From Truepera sp. (GTDB taxonomy: Bacteria; Deinococcota; Deinococci; Deinococcales; Trueperaceae), in the NCBI GenBank assembly GCA_965218435.1, contig CBDCKW010000009.1, forward strand, positions 3,488,001 to 3,552,000: DNA of 64,000 bases, given 5' to 3'. Shown here in pieces: positions 49,462 to 58,842 of this stretch. A model generated the notes under the pieces. That model was not told the origin of the DNA. It made no database searches and was given only the letters and a program-made list of their open reading frames with translations. Both the position numbers and the translations under genes were made by a program. The stretch's first letter is position 1, and each line of letters begins with the position of its first letter.

Positions 49462-50184
49462 CTAACGCCGCGCCACCACCCAGATACGTTCGGTCTCGTC
49501 AGTTGCCGGGTAACCGTGTGGATAGGTCACGGTTTGGACGTCCCGAAACCCTGCCTCGTTTAAGAGCAGCTTGACCTCTCTGGGGTCATAGGGGCGCTCG
49601 AGATGCACTTCGGTAAAGCTCCGCGCCCCTTTTTCGCAGTACGCCACAACTTTGGCGAGCTTCGTTTCCTCGTCAAATGAGTGCGTCCAGAGATAGTACA
49701 CGTCATCTACCCAGCCCTCGGCGCGGTCGTCTTCCCAGAGGTTGCGGAGGCCCACAGTCGTATTGACATCGAAAATAAAGAGGCCGTTCGGTTTTAAGTG
49801 CCGTAAAACCTGTTCGGCGCAGCGGCGAAAATCGTGGGGGTCTAAGAGGTTGTTGAGCGAATCGAAAACGGACACTGCGAGGTCGAAGGTTTTGCCCAGT
49901 TCAAAAGCTGTAAAGTCGCCCTCGACAAAAGTCGCTTTAGGGAGCTTGGTCCGGGCGACGCTGAGCATCTCCGGCGAACGGTCTATCCCGGTGACGTGCA
50001 ACCCCAACTCTACAAACGGCGCAGACGAGTTGCCGGTGCCGCAGCCCAAATCGAGGATACGCCTGACCTCTAAGCCTTCACCGAGCGCGATGTCTAAGAT
50101 AAAGTCGGCCCACGCGCCGTATTCGACGTCGCTCATAATCACGTCGTAAACCTCGGCCAAAAGGCTGAACGGTTCTGCCTGCAC
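49462..50184 (-). CDS. Class I SAM-dependent methyltransferase
   Basis: ILDLGCGTG, GIDRS and DSLN motifs. Confidence 0.9.
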   Translation of the reverse strand: MQAEPFSLLAEVYDVIMSDVEYGAWADFILDIALGEGLEVRRILDLGCGTGNSSAPFVELGLHVTGIDRSPEMLSVARTKLPKATFVEGDFTAFELGKTFDLAVSVFDSLNNLLDPHDFRRCAEQVLRHLKPNGLFIFDVNTTVGLRNLWEDDRAEGWVDDVYYLWTHSFDEETKLAKVVAYCEKGARSFTEVHLERPYDPREVKLLLNEAGFRDVQTVTYPHGYPATDETERIWVVARR

Positions 50185-50261
50185 AGCTAAGTATAATCAC
50201 CTGTAACGCCGCGCCTGCTTTTTGTCCGCTTCAGGTTTTTACGGCGTGGCCCGGAGGAATC

Positions 50262-50732
50262 ATGATCGAACCTCGAGATTTCCGTAACGCTTTAGGCCGC
50301 TTTGCCAGCGGCGTCACCGTCGTCACGATCCCCGACGAGAACGAACCCGCCGGTGTTCGGGGGATTACCGCCAACGCGTTTGTCTCAGTGTCTTTGTCGC
50401 CGCCCTTAGTGCTCGTCTCGATTGACAAAAAAGCCAGGGCACACATGCCCCTGATGAACGCCGAGCGTTACGGCGTGAGCATCTTAGCCGAGGCGCAAGC
50501 TGACGTGAGCGACCATTTCGCGGGTCGCCCCGAGGCGCAGGTAACGCCTGAGTTTACTGAACTAGACGAGTTTACAGTCATTGCAGGGGCCGCCGCGCAT
50601 CTCGTTTGCCGCGTGACCGAACAGCACGAAGCGGGCGACCACACGCTCTTTATCGGCGAGGTCGAGGCGCTCGAGGTTTACGAAGAAGCGCCCTTAATCT
50701 ATTTTAGAGGCAAGTACGAGGGGCTCGCATGA
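50262..50732 (+). CDS. Flavin reductase family protein
   Basis: FRNALGRFASGVTVVT, SVSLSPPLV and AGDHTLFIG motifs. Confidence 0.92.
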   Translation: MIEPRDFRNALGRFASGVTVVTIPDENEPAGVRGITANAFVSVSLSPPLVLVSIDKKARAHMPLMNAERYGVSILAEAQADVSDHFAGRPEAQVTPEFTELDEFTVIAGAAAHLVCRVTEQHEAGDHTLFIGEVEALEVYEEAPLIYFRGKYEGLA

Positions 50733-51016
50733 CGCAAGCGGCGACGCCTGAGCAAGCCCAGGCCCTGACCGACCTCTTAGCGCGTTGGGACGCTGAACTA
50801 AGACGCCTCATGGCCTACCCTGACCTATCTCAAGATACAGCTGTCCGCCTCAATCAGAGCCGCCGCATCTTAGAAAACTACCGCCGCGTTCTTAAAACCG
50901 ACCTCGCTGCGGGTATCGAAAAGGTTCCGGCGGCCGAACTCTTCCGGGCGATCAGCACCGCCGAAGCGTCCTTGCAGCAACTCTCTGGCTTGGGGGCCAC
51001 GCTTTCCGGCACGTAA
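50729..51016 (+). CDS. Hypothetical helical protein
   Basis: ATGA-coupled to the flavin reductase. Confidence 0.65.
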   Translation: MTQAATPEQAQALTDLLARWDAELRRLMAYPDLSQDTAVRLNQSRRILENYRRVLKTDLAAGIEKVPAAELFRAISTAEASLQQLSGLGATLSGT

Positions 51017-51085
51017 GCCAGTCCTGCATTCCGGAAGGTGCATAAACAGGGTTGCATGCTACAGCTTTTGGTGTAAACTAACTAT

Positions 51086-51155
51086 AGAACTTTGAGGGTT
51101 GCATCTCCGCACCCCGCTGCCCCCCCGGCGGAGGTCCTCTCGAAGTTCTTTTTTT
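51086..51155 (+). ncRNA. Candidate small RNA / long hairpin with C-rich loop and U-tail
   Basis: Outer stem AGAACTTTGAGGG/CCTCTCGAAGTTCT, inner stem CTCCGC/GCGGAG, T7 tail and upstream TTGCAT-N16-TAAACT. Confidence 0.5.
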
Positions 51156-51196
51156 ATACCCTTTTGCCCCGACTGTGCGAACCTGATCACGCCAGC

Positions 51197-52168
51197 TTAG
51201 GCCACCTGCAAAATAAGCTTACCGATGTTGAGGTTTTCTCTCATCCGCTCGTGCGCCCGTTCAGCTTCTGTTATCGGAATCACCTCGTCTACCACCGGTT
51301 TAAGCTGGCCTTCTGCAAGCGCGTGACCAAACATTTGCATAAATTTCTCTTTGAGATTGACGCGTTCTGCAAGCGGACGGCTGCGGAGCGTCGAACCTTT
51401 AAGCGTCAGACGTCTACTCATCAGCTGACGCAAGTCAAGCTCGGCGTGAGCGCCGCTCAGTGTAGCGATGACGACTAGCCGACCGCTCGTGCGGAGTAGC
51501 GCCAGGTTGCGGGCAAAGTAGTCTTGTCCGACCATATCGAGGATCACGTCAACGCCGTCCGTATGTTCTTTTAACACTTCGGCGAAGTCAATCTCGTGGT
51601 AATTAAACGCCGTTGCCCCCAACGTCTCGCAAAAGCGCACCTTTTCGGCGGTTCCGGCAGTGGCAAAAACCTGTGCGCCCGCCTCACGTGCGAGCTGAAT
51701 CGCCGCGGTTCCAACACCGCTCGCGCCGCCGTGAATCAGCACGGTTTCACCGGCCCCGAGTCCAGCCTCGAGAAACAAATTCAAGTACGCCGTCAAAAAG
51801 ACCTCGGGTAACCCGGCTGCTTCGGTCATGCTCCAGCTTTCGGGAACCGGCATTAAGAGCCCCGCCGGAGCCGCCACGTATTCGGCGTAACCACCGCCGG
51901 AGAGGAGCACGCAGACGTGTTGGCCGATCTGAACGTCAGAGACGTTCGGGCCGAGTTGTGCGGCGCTGCCGGAGACCTCGAGCCCCAAAATCTCAGACGC
52001 TCCGGGCGGGGGTGGGTAGTGACCGGCCCGCTGCGACAAGTCGGCGCGGTTGACTCCGGCGGCCCGAACGCGGATTAACACTTCACCCTCGCCGGGAACC
52101 GGGTCGGGCACGTCTTGCCAGCTGAGGGCGCGGCTGTCACTGTTAGCGTCGTAAATGATAGCTTTCAT
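51197..52168 (-). CDS. NAD(P)H-quinone oxidoreductase (PIG3/zeta-crystallin family)
   Basis: GVNRAD, GLEVSG, HGGASGVGTAAIQ and GSTLRSR motifs. Confidence 0.92.
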   Translation of the reverse strand: MKAIIYDANSDSRALSWQDVPDPVPGEGEVLIRVRAAGVNRADLSQRAGHYPPPPGASEILGLEVSGSAAQLGPNVSDVQIGQHVCVLLSGGGYAEYVAAPAGLLMPVPESWSMTEAAGLPEVFLTAYLNLFLEAGLGAGETVLIHGGASGVGTAAIQLAREAGAQVFATAGTAEKVRFCETLGATAFNYHEIDFAEVLKEHTDGVDVILDMVGQDYFARNLALLRTSGRLVVIATLSGAHAELDLRQLMSRRLTLKGSTLRSRPLAERVNLKEKFMQMFGHALAEGQLKPVVDEVIPITEAERAHERMRENLNIGKLILQVA

Positions 52169-52244
52169 AGTCTCCCAATCAGACAAGAGGTGGGTGTAAA
52201 AAATCTTCCTGTGCAGTCTCGTACTGCTTTATACAGTACGCGTT

Positions 52245-52766
52245 ATGGAACTGCCGTTCGACCTTCGTCTGCTTATCGCTTTGGTTATTTCACTCGTGCT
52301 TATCACAGTAGCTAAAACTGCCGTTAAAAGTGGGAAATCCAAAGAAGCTGTCAGCTACCCCTACGTTCCCGCCGAGAGTCTGTTTACCAAACACGAACAG
52401 GCGTTTTTGCGGGTGCTAGAGCAAGCTGCTTGAGATTACCGCGTATTCGGCAAAGTGCGCGTTGCTGACGTAGTTGAAGTGCGTAAGGGTCTATCTAAGA
52501 GCGAGTGGCAACGCGCTTTTAACCGCATTTCACAAAAGCACATTGATTTTGTCCTCTGTTATCCCCAAAACCTCAGCGTGTGGTGCGCTGTTGAACTTGA
52601 CGATGCTTCGCATAAAAAGGTTGATCGGCGGGCAAGAGACACGACGCTGGAAAAAATCTTCGCTGCTGCTGGAGTGCCACTAGTACGCGTTCCGAGCAGG
52701 CACACTTACGACGTCGCTGAAATAAGGGCTTTACTCGACACGCAAACCATTCTAAAAGCTGCTTGA
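52245..52766 (+). pseudogene. DUF2726-domain membrane-anchored protein with in-frame TGA
   Basis: N-terminal TM, LFT..E..F..VL, then TGA 52431-33, then in-frame DYRVFGKVRVAD...KHIDFVLC...VELDD.SH...RD. Confidence 0.82.
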
Positions 52767-52804
52767 GGACGTTTCATACAACGCCCTCAGCAGAAGTTAA
52801 TTAC

Positions 52805-53752
52805 TCAGCCCTTAATCCCAGACATCACCAAACCACGGACATAAAAGCGTTGCAGACTCAAAAAGACGAGCGCGAGCGGTACGACCGACACAGCTAAGGC
52901 CGCTTGCCTCAGGGATTGTCCTGAAGGCGTATCGTACGCCGACTGCATCAGGTAGATGCCGACCGTCAGGGGTTGCAAGCTGGGGTTGGTGCGCGTTACC
53001 GTCAGCGTCCAGATAAACTCGTTCCACTGGTATAAAAACACAAACACGCCGAGGGTGACGAGCGCGGGTTTGAGGAGCGGCAACACCACGCTCCAGAAGA
53101 TGCGAAACTCGGACGCGCCGTCGATCCGGGCCGCGTCCAACATGGCGTCGGGGATGCTCACCATAAACTGCCGCATCAGGAATATCCCGTAGTACGTCAC
53201 CATAAACGGCAAGATGACCGCGGCGTAGGTTCCGAGTAAGCCAACGCCGCCCTGCCCGAAGAGGTCGTTACCGCCTGCCAACGGGAAAAAGCGCATGATA
53301 AAAAAGAGCGGGATCAAAAAGAGAAAAAAAGGAAACATCTGTGCGCCGAGCACCGCCCGGAAAATCAGGTTGCGCCCACGAAACTGGTATTTTGCCAGGG
53401 CAAACCCGGCCATCGTGCTGGTGATGAGTTGCAGCACCGTCACGGTTGCGGTAATAAATAAGCTGTTGGCGTACCATTTGAGCATCGGCAGGGCGGTAAA
53501 GACCTGTTCGTAAACGCGCCACTGCGCGACTTTGGGCCAAAATATGGGCGGCGTGGCGACGCGCTCGGCAGGTGTCCGAAGTGCGCCGACGAACATCTCT
53601 AAAAAAGGCAGCAGCACGAGCAGCGCCCCGGCAGCGAGGAGCGTGTACTTGACGATGTTCCAAAAAAGCTGCATCCCTTTCGATGACCTGGCCGGGGGGT
53701 TCGCTTGGGGTTCGCGCTGCGTCAGCGCCGGTTGGCTTTCGGTAACAGCCAT
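52805..53752 (-). CDS. Carbohydrate ABC transporter permease
   Basis: EAA-like DAARIDGAS loop and TM helices. Confidence 0.92.
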   Translation of the reverse strand: MAVTESQPALTQREPQANPPARSSKGMQLFWNIVKYTLLAAGALLVLLPFLEMFVGALRTPAERVATPPIFWPKVAQWRVYEQVFTALPMLKWYANSLFITATVTVLQLITSTMAGFALAKYQFRGRNLIFRAVLGAQMFPFFLFLIPLFFIMRFFPLAGGNDLFGQGGVGLLGTYAAVILPFMVTYYGIFLMRQFMVSIPDAMLDAARIDGASEFRIFWSVVLPLLKPALVTLGVFVFLYQWNEFIWTLTVTRTNPSLQPLTVGIYLMQSAYDTPSGQSLRQAALAVSVVPLALVFLSLQRFYVRGLVMSGIKG

Positions 53753-54672
53753 CAGTACGCCTCGAGCCCGCCGCGTCTAAAAAAGCGCAGCTGAATGGCC
53801 GTCAAGATAATAATGATCACAAAGAGCACAAACGCCGCTGCCGACGCCCGCCCTAAACGCAAATCTTCAAACGCCGTCTGGTACATGTAAAACGCCGTGA
53901 CATTGGTGCTTCCGGCGGGGCCACCGTTCGTCAGCGCCAGGATAAGACCGAACGCGCCCATCCCGCCGATAAAACTCGTGACGGTCACAAACAGCAGGGT
54001 CGGGCGTAAAAGCGGCAACGTGACGTGCCAAAAACTCTGCCAGAGGTTGGCTCCGTCGACTTCGGCGGCTTCGCTGTACGAACTGTCGATGCCCTCGAGC
54101 CCCGCCGAAAAGATCAGCATATTCGCCCCCAGTCCGGTCCAAATCGCCACGATGATCACCGCCCACATCGCGACTCGCGGATCGGTCAGCCAGTTGGGAC
54201 CGACCACGCCGAAAACGCCTAAAAGCCGGTTGAAAAGCCCGTAACGCCCATCTAAGATAAACGACCATAAGTAGGCGATGGCGACGACGTTGGTAATCAT
54301 CGGCAGCCAGTAGATTGAGCGCCAAAACGCCCGGAAACGGCTCTCGGTAAAGGTAAACGCGATCAAGAGCGCCAGCGGAATCCCTAAAAAGACCGTGCCG
54401 CCCGCGTAAAAAAGCGTATTGAGGAGCGACCGCCGGAAGTTATTGTCTTGCAAGATAAAGGTGAAGTTGTCCAACCCGATAAAACGCGGCGCGGAAAGCC
54501 CGTTCCACCGGGTAAAGGTCAGGTAGAGCGAAAACCCTACCGGTAAAAGGAAAAAAACGACAAAAAAGACCAAGACGGGTGCCAAAAACGCGTAGGGTGC
54601 CCAGTCTTTTTGCTGTCTTTTACGGCGGGGAGGAGCTGTCAGCGGCCCCCTCCCCGGCGACGTCGTGCTCAT
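53752..54672 (-). CDS. Carbohydrate ABC transporter permease
   Basis: EAAEVDGAN, FIGLDNF and GGPAGST motifs. Confidence 0.92.
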   Translation of the reverse strand: MSTTSPGRGPLTAPPRRKRQQKDWAPYAFLAPVLVFFVVFFLLPVGFSLYLTFTRWNGLSAPRFIGLDNFTFILQDNNFRRSLLNTLFYAGGTVFLGIPLALLIAFTFTESRFRAFWRSIYWLPMITNVVAIAYLWSFILDGRYGLFNRLLGVFGVVGPNWLTDPRVAMWAVIIVAIWTGLGANMLIFSAGLEGIDSSYSEAAEVDGANLWQSFWHVTLPLLRPTLLFVTVTSFIGGMGAFGLILALTNGGPAGSTNVTAFYMYQTAFEDLRLGRASAAAFVLFVIIIILTAIQLRFFRRGGLEAY

Positions 54673-55940
54673 CAGTAAAATTCAGCCAAGATCGCGGTGA
54701 TCTCTTGGTCGGCTTGAGCTAGCGCTGCGTCGGGGGCCATATCGCCCCGGTAGGCTTTGAGCAAGTAGGTTTGCAAAATGGTCTCGATTTCAGACGCTTG
54801 GATGACGTTGGGTTCGGTGACCGAGCGCGACAATGCGTCGGCAAAAGGGGCGGTAAAAAAGTCACCGAGTTGATCTTGGGACGCGTTGATGTCGGCGTTG
54901 TTGGCAGTCAGCGCACCGAGCCCAACTAACATCTGACCCATACACGAGGGGCCGCCCTCTTGCTGCGCACTTTCCTGCGAGTTCAGCCATTTGATAAACG
55001 CCCACGACTCGTCTTGCATCTTGCTGTTGGCGGCGACGCCGAAGAAAAAGGCGTACTGCAAGCTTTTCCAATTGGGTCCCATAGGGATTTGACTGACCCC
55101 GACGGTATTTTCAAAGTCGTCGCCGAAAACCTCGCGGAAAGTGCCCTCTTGCCAGCTGGCCTGGACGGTCATCGCCACGTCGCCCGACTTAAAGGCGTCC
55201 GAATCGACGTTGAGGTCGGCAGAACCGGCCTTAAAAAGATCAACCATTTCTTGCAAAGAGGCGAGCGCCTCGGGAGAGTTCAGGTTGGTTTCGGTGAAGT
55301 CGTCGTTAAAGAGGTCCATGCCTTTGGAGTAGAGGTGCGTCAGGTAACGGTGGACTACTCCGGCGACGCTCGGGTAGTAGTCCGCGTAACCGATCTGTGT
55401 CGCGCGGCCCTGCGCGTCTCGTTTAGTCGTCGCCGCAGCGTCTTTCATCAGCTCGTCCCAGGTTTTGGGCGGCGCTTCGATCCCCGCAGCTTGAAAGATC
55501 TTTTTGTTATACACCAGCAAGTAGTTGGCGACCTCGGTCGGTACCCCCCACACCTGGTTGTTAATCGTCACGGCGTCTACGGTACTTGGCACGTAGCCGT
55601 CGTTGACAAAGCTCAAAATGTCGTCGGGGGGCGTGGCGAGCAGGCCGTTATCAACGAGCTGCGCGGCCCAGATCGAATAGACGTGGTAGATATCCGGTGA
55701 CTGACCGCCCAACCGTGCGGTTAGGATGGTTTGCAAGTAGTCGCCGTAAGGAATCTGCTGATGGATGACCTTGACGCCCGTTTCCTCCTGGTACTGCTTA
55801 AAGCAGGGCTCGAGCACCTTGATGTTTTCCGGTGGATAGTGCGTCGCTAACGTGATCGTTTGCGCGGCGGCCGTGCCAGAAACGGCTGCGAGCAAAGCGA
55901 GTAGCGACAAGACTACGACTGAGGGCAAAAATCTCTTCAT
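54672..55940 (-). CDS. Carbohydrate ABC transporter substrate-binding protein
   Basis: Signal peptide, PDI, LVYNKKIF...PKTWDEL SBP family 1 pattern. Confidence 0.92.
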   Translation of the reverse strand: MKRFLPSVVVLSLLALLAAVSGTAAAQTITLATHYPPENIKVLEPCFKQYQEETGVKVIHQQIPYGDYLQTILTARLGGQSPDIYHVYSIWAAQLVDNGLLATPPDDILSFVNDGYVPSTVDAVTINNQVWGVPTEVANYLLVYNKKIFQAAGIEAPPKTWDELMKDAAATTKRDAQGRATQIGYADYYPSVAGVVHRYLTHLYSKGMDLFNDDFTETNLNSPEALASLQEMVDLFKAGSADLNVDSDAFKSGDVAMTVQASWQEGTFREVFGDDFENTVGVSQIPMGPNWKSLQYAFFFGVAANSKMQDESWAFIKWLNSQESAQQEGGPSCMGQMLVGLGALTANNADINASQDQLGDFFTAPFADALSRSVTEPNVIQASEIETILQTYLLKAYRGDMAPDAALAQADQEITAILAEFY

Positions 55941-56303
55941 AAGTTTTCCCTTCGGTTCGGCAGGTAACGTTCGATCTACCCTTATATCCTACTTTGTTAA
56001 GAGGCGCACCAAAAGCCGGGTTGATTACGTTTGGCCGCCTTTAGCTTCGGTAGAACTACGCTAAAACGGTTAAAAATCCGCCACCTAAAGGCGTAGCATG
56101 GGTAGAGAGTGTTCGAGAAATAACCCCTACTCGAGCTCGAGTATGAAGCGGTGCTGCTCCGCTATGAGGCCGACTTGTCAGTTAGTATGCAAGACATCGG
56201 TGTGCTGCTCGGTTACCTTTGCCGCGTAGGTGAAGCGCACAGCATCTTCTTTTTGCGGCGACCTGTACTTAGGGTTATCAACTTGCGGGCTTAACCTGTG
56301 AGC

Positions 56304-56533
56304 TAGAGGCTATGATGAACTTCCGAAGCGGGTCTTGCTCAGTTGGGAATGCTCGCAGTGTTCCGTCCTGCTGGGCTTTTCTAAGGCTCCACTTGGCTTT
56401 TACAAGCCTTACGGAACTTGTCATTGACGGTTAGTTACCGTACCTGAAGGTGCGAGCAGGCTCAGGGCCGAAGCTTGCGTCTACAACGGCTTCCAGAAAC
56501 GCATCTTCTGACTGGAGTTCATAACACGCTCTA
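56304..56533. mobile_element. MITE-like 230-bp element with IS5-type imperfect terminal inverted repeats
   Basis: TAGAGGCTATGATGAACT versus the reverse complement TAGAGCGTGTTATGAACT (14/18 match); no ORF inside. Confidence 0.5.
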
Positions 56534-56674
56534 AGCTGCACATACTTTCCGGGGCATAACTCGAGCCCACTTGGGCGCAGTGCCCTCAAACCCAGAAACT
56601 CGGCCCTAACCGGCTAGCTAGCACGGTGGGTTCTCGGTATACTCGTTACATTACAGTGGATACTTTAAGGAGGC

Positions 56675-57448
56675 GTGATGTCGCTGAGCTGGCGGTTAAG
56701 GTACAGGTTGAGACGTGGGCCGAATAGGTTGAGATATAGAGCGTCGGGGACGCGGTGGCAAAAGTGGCTGGGCGTTGGGCTGTTGCCCCTGGCGCTGTCT
56801 TGGGGCGCTGCGCAAACCCAAACGACCGGGCAATCCCAGAGCACTGACTCAACCGCCAAGTCAACCGCCGAGTTAACCACTGTGCCAACCGCCGCGCCGC
56901 TCCCAACAGTTTCGCAAGACGCGACCCGCGCTGAACTTTTAGACCTGCTCAATCAGGTGCAGACGCAGCTGCAAGAACTCGGCGCTCAATCTGAGCCGGG
57001 ACAAAAGACAGACGCGCAGCTTACCGAACTTCGCTCCCAGCTCGAGGTGCTCCTTTTGCAAGCTCAGCTCGAGCGGTTGCAACGCGAGAACAGCACCTTA
57101 GCCGAGCAGTTACGGAGCCGCACCTCGTCCTCGCTGAAAGATGCGGGGGCGCTCGAGGGCCAGATCACACAGCTTAAGGCGCGGCAAGACAACATGAATC
57201 AGCAGATGGAGGTGATTGCCCACCAGCACGCCGAAATCTTAGAATATTCAGACCTCGGAAAAGGTGAGCCGAAGACCCACAAGGTGCAAGTCGGTGATTC
57301 ACTTTCAAAACTCGCTTTGGAGTATTACGATGACGCAATGCGCTGGACCGACATCTTGAAAGCGAATCCTAAAATCACTGATCCCAATATCCTTATGCCC
57401 GGAACGGAGCTGACGATTCCTGCCAAACAGGACGAAGCGTCTAACTGA
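56675..57448 (+). CDS. Secreted coiled-coil protein with C-terminal LysM domain
   Basis: HKVQVGDSLSKLA..YY....W..I..AN..I.DPN...PG..L.IP and RBS AGGAGG. Confidence 0.88.
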   Translation: MMSLSWRLRYRLRRGPNRLRYRASGTRWQKWLGVGLLPLALSWGAAQTQTTGQSQSTDSTAKSTAELTTVPTAAPLPTVSQDATRAELLDLLNQVQTQLQELGAQSEPGQKTDAQLTELRSQLEVLLLQAQLERLQRENSTLAEQLRSRTSSSLKDAGALEGQITQLKARQDNMNQQMEVIAHQHAEILEYSDLGKGEPKTHKVQVGDSLSKLALEYYDDAMRWTDILKANPKITDPNILMPGTELTIPAKQDEASN

Positions 57449-57630
57449 CACGCGTTCAACCAACCTGGCGACACCTGACCTCGTGACGTCGCGTGAGGTA
57501 GCCTCGGGAAAGACAAGACCCGCATACAGGTCAGTGTGGACGGCCTTCTAAATTTTGGTTTGAGGTCTCGAGCTGCTCGGTGGCATTTCTTATCAACCGC
57601 TCGGGTCAGGGTGCGCGGTAAAGTAAAGGG

Positions 57631-58842
57631 ATGAAGATTCTCCACACCGCCGACTGGCACGCCGGGCGAGTTTTACATGGTCAGCCGCGCACGCCTGAAA
57701 TCCGCGACGCGCTGCGTGAAATCGCTGAGCTGGCCAAAGCTGAGGCCGTTGACCTCGTGCTCGTCGCCGGGGACCTCTACGACACCCGCAACCCCGGCGC
57801 GGAGGCTGAAACTGCCGTTTACGAGTTTTTTAAGACGTTGGGTGACGCGCAGATTCCAAGTGTAGTCATCGCGGGCAACCACGACGCACCGGGGCGGCTC
57901 GAGGCCGCCGCCGGACTTTTAGGATTAGCTGGAGTTTACGTCGTCGGCGAACCTAAAGTTGCTCAGCAGGGTGGCGTCTTTACCCTCCAGCTTGGAAACG
58001 AAACGGCCCGAATTGCGGCGCTGCCGTTCGTCTCCGAGCGGCGTATCGTCAAAGTGCATGAGCTGTTGGGTAGCGACCCCGGCGCGTGGCGCGAAGGTTA
58101 CCGCGAGGGGATGCGCAAACTTATCAACAACTTGACCGGTGCGTTCAAAACCGATGCGGTCAACCTTTTGCTGCTCCACACGACGACCGAGGGAGCCAAA
58201 CTCGCGCATTCCGAATACGAGTTTCACTGTACCGACGCCTATACGCTCGCCCCCGACCTGTTCCCCGACACGTGTAACTACGTGGCGCTCGGGCACATCC
58301 ATATGCCGCAACGGGTGCAGGGGTTGCCGGAAAATGCGGGCCGTTACGCCGGGTCGGTCGTACAGCTCGATTTTGGCGAGCAGGGCGATACGAAGTACGT
58401 TTACATCCTCGAGGCCAAAGCGGGCAAACCCACACAGGTCTTAAAAGAACACGCGCTCCAGGCGGGTAAACGCCTGAAACGGGTCAGCGTCTCACGGGAC
58501 GAATTGGACCGGAAACTAAGTGAACTCGAGTGGGACGGCTGGCTCAAGCTTTCGCTTAAGCTCGAGCGCCCCGACCCCGGCTTAAAAGACCGTTTGAAAC
58601 GCGACTATCCCAACTTGCTGGTGGTCGAGCAACTCTTACCCGAGCGCGAACGTCTGGCAGAGCGCCCCACCGACCAACGCAACTTAAACTTGCTAGACGC
58701 CTACGCGCAGTTTTACGACGATGAGCGTGCGACGGCCTTGCCCGAAGACTTGCGCCGCGCTTTCAGCGAGCTTTATGAGCAGACACAACCCCTCGCCGAC
58801 GACGCCAGCACCGAACCTAACGCTGAACCTACCGCACTGTGA
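57631..58842 (+). CDS. sbcD: Exonuclease SbcD (Mre11 homologue)
   Basis: HTADWH, AGDLYD, AGNHD and ALGHIH metallophosphoesterase motifs. Confidence 0.94.
   Translation: MKILHTADWHAGRVLHGQPRTPEIRDALREIAELAKAEAVDLVLVAGDLYDTRNPGAEAETAVYEFFKTLGDAQIPSVVIAGNHDAPGRLEAAAGLLGLAGVYVVGEPKVAQQGGVFTLQLGNETARIAALPFVSERRIVKVHELLGSDPGAWREGYREGMRKLINNLTGAFKTDAVNLLLLHTTTEGAKLAHSEYEFHCTDAYTLAPDLFPDTCNYVALGHIHMPQRVQGLPENAGRYAGSVVQLDFGEQGDTKYVYILEAKAGKPTQVLKEHALQAGKRLKRVSVSRDELDRKLSELEWDGWLKLSLKLERPDPGLKDRLKRDYPNLLVVEQLLPERERLAERPTDQRNLNLLDAYAQFYDDERATALPEDLRRAFSELYEQTQPLADDASTEPNAEPTAL

Noticed and set aside
52805..55940. Sugar ABC operon lacking an ATPase
   Set aside because: CUT1 transporters commonly share a MalK/MsmX ATPase in trans.
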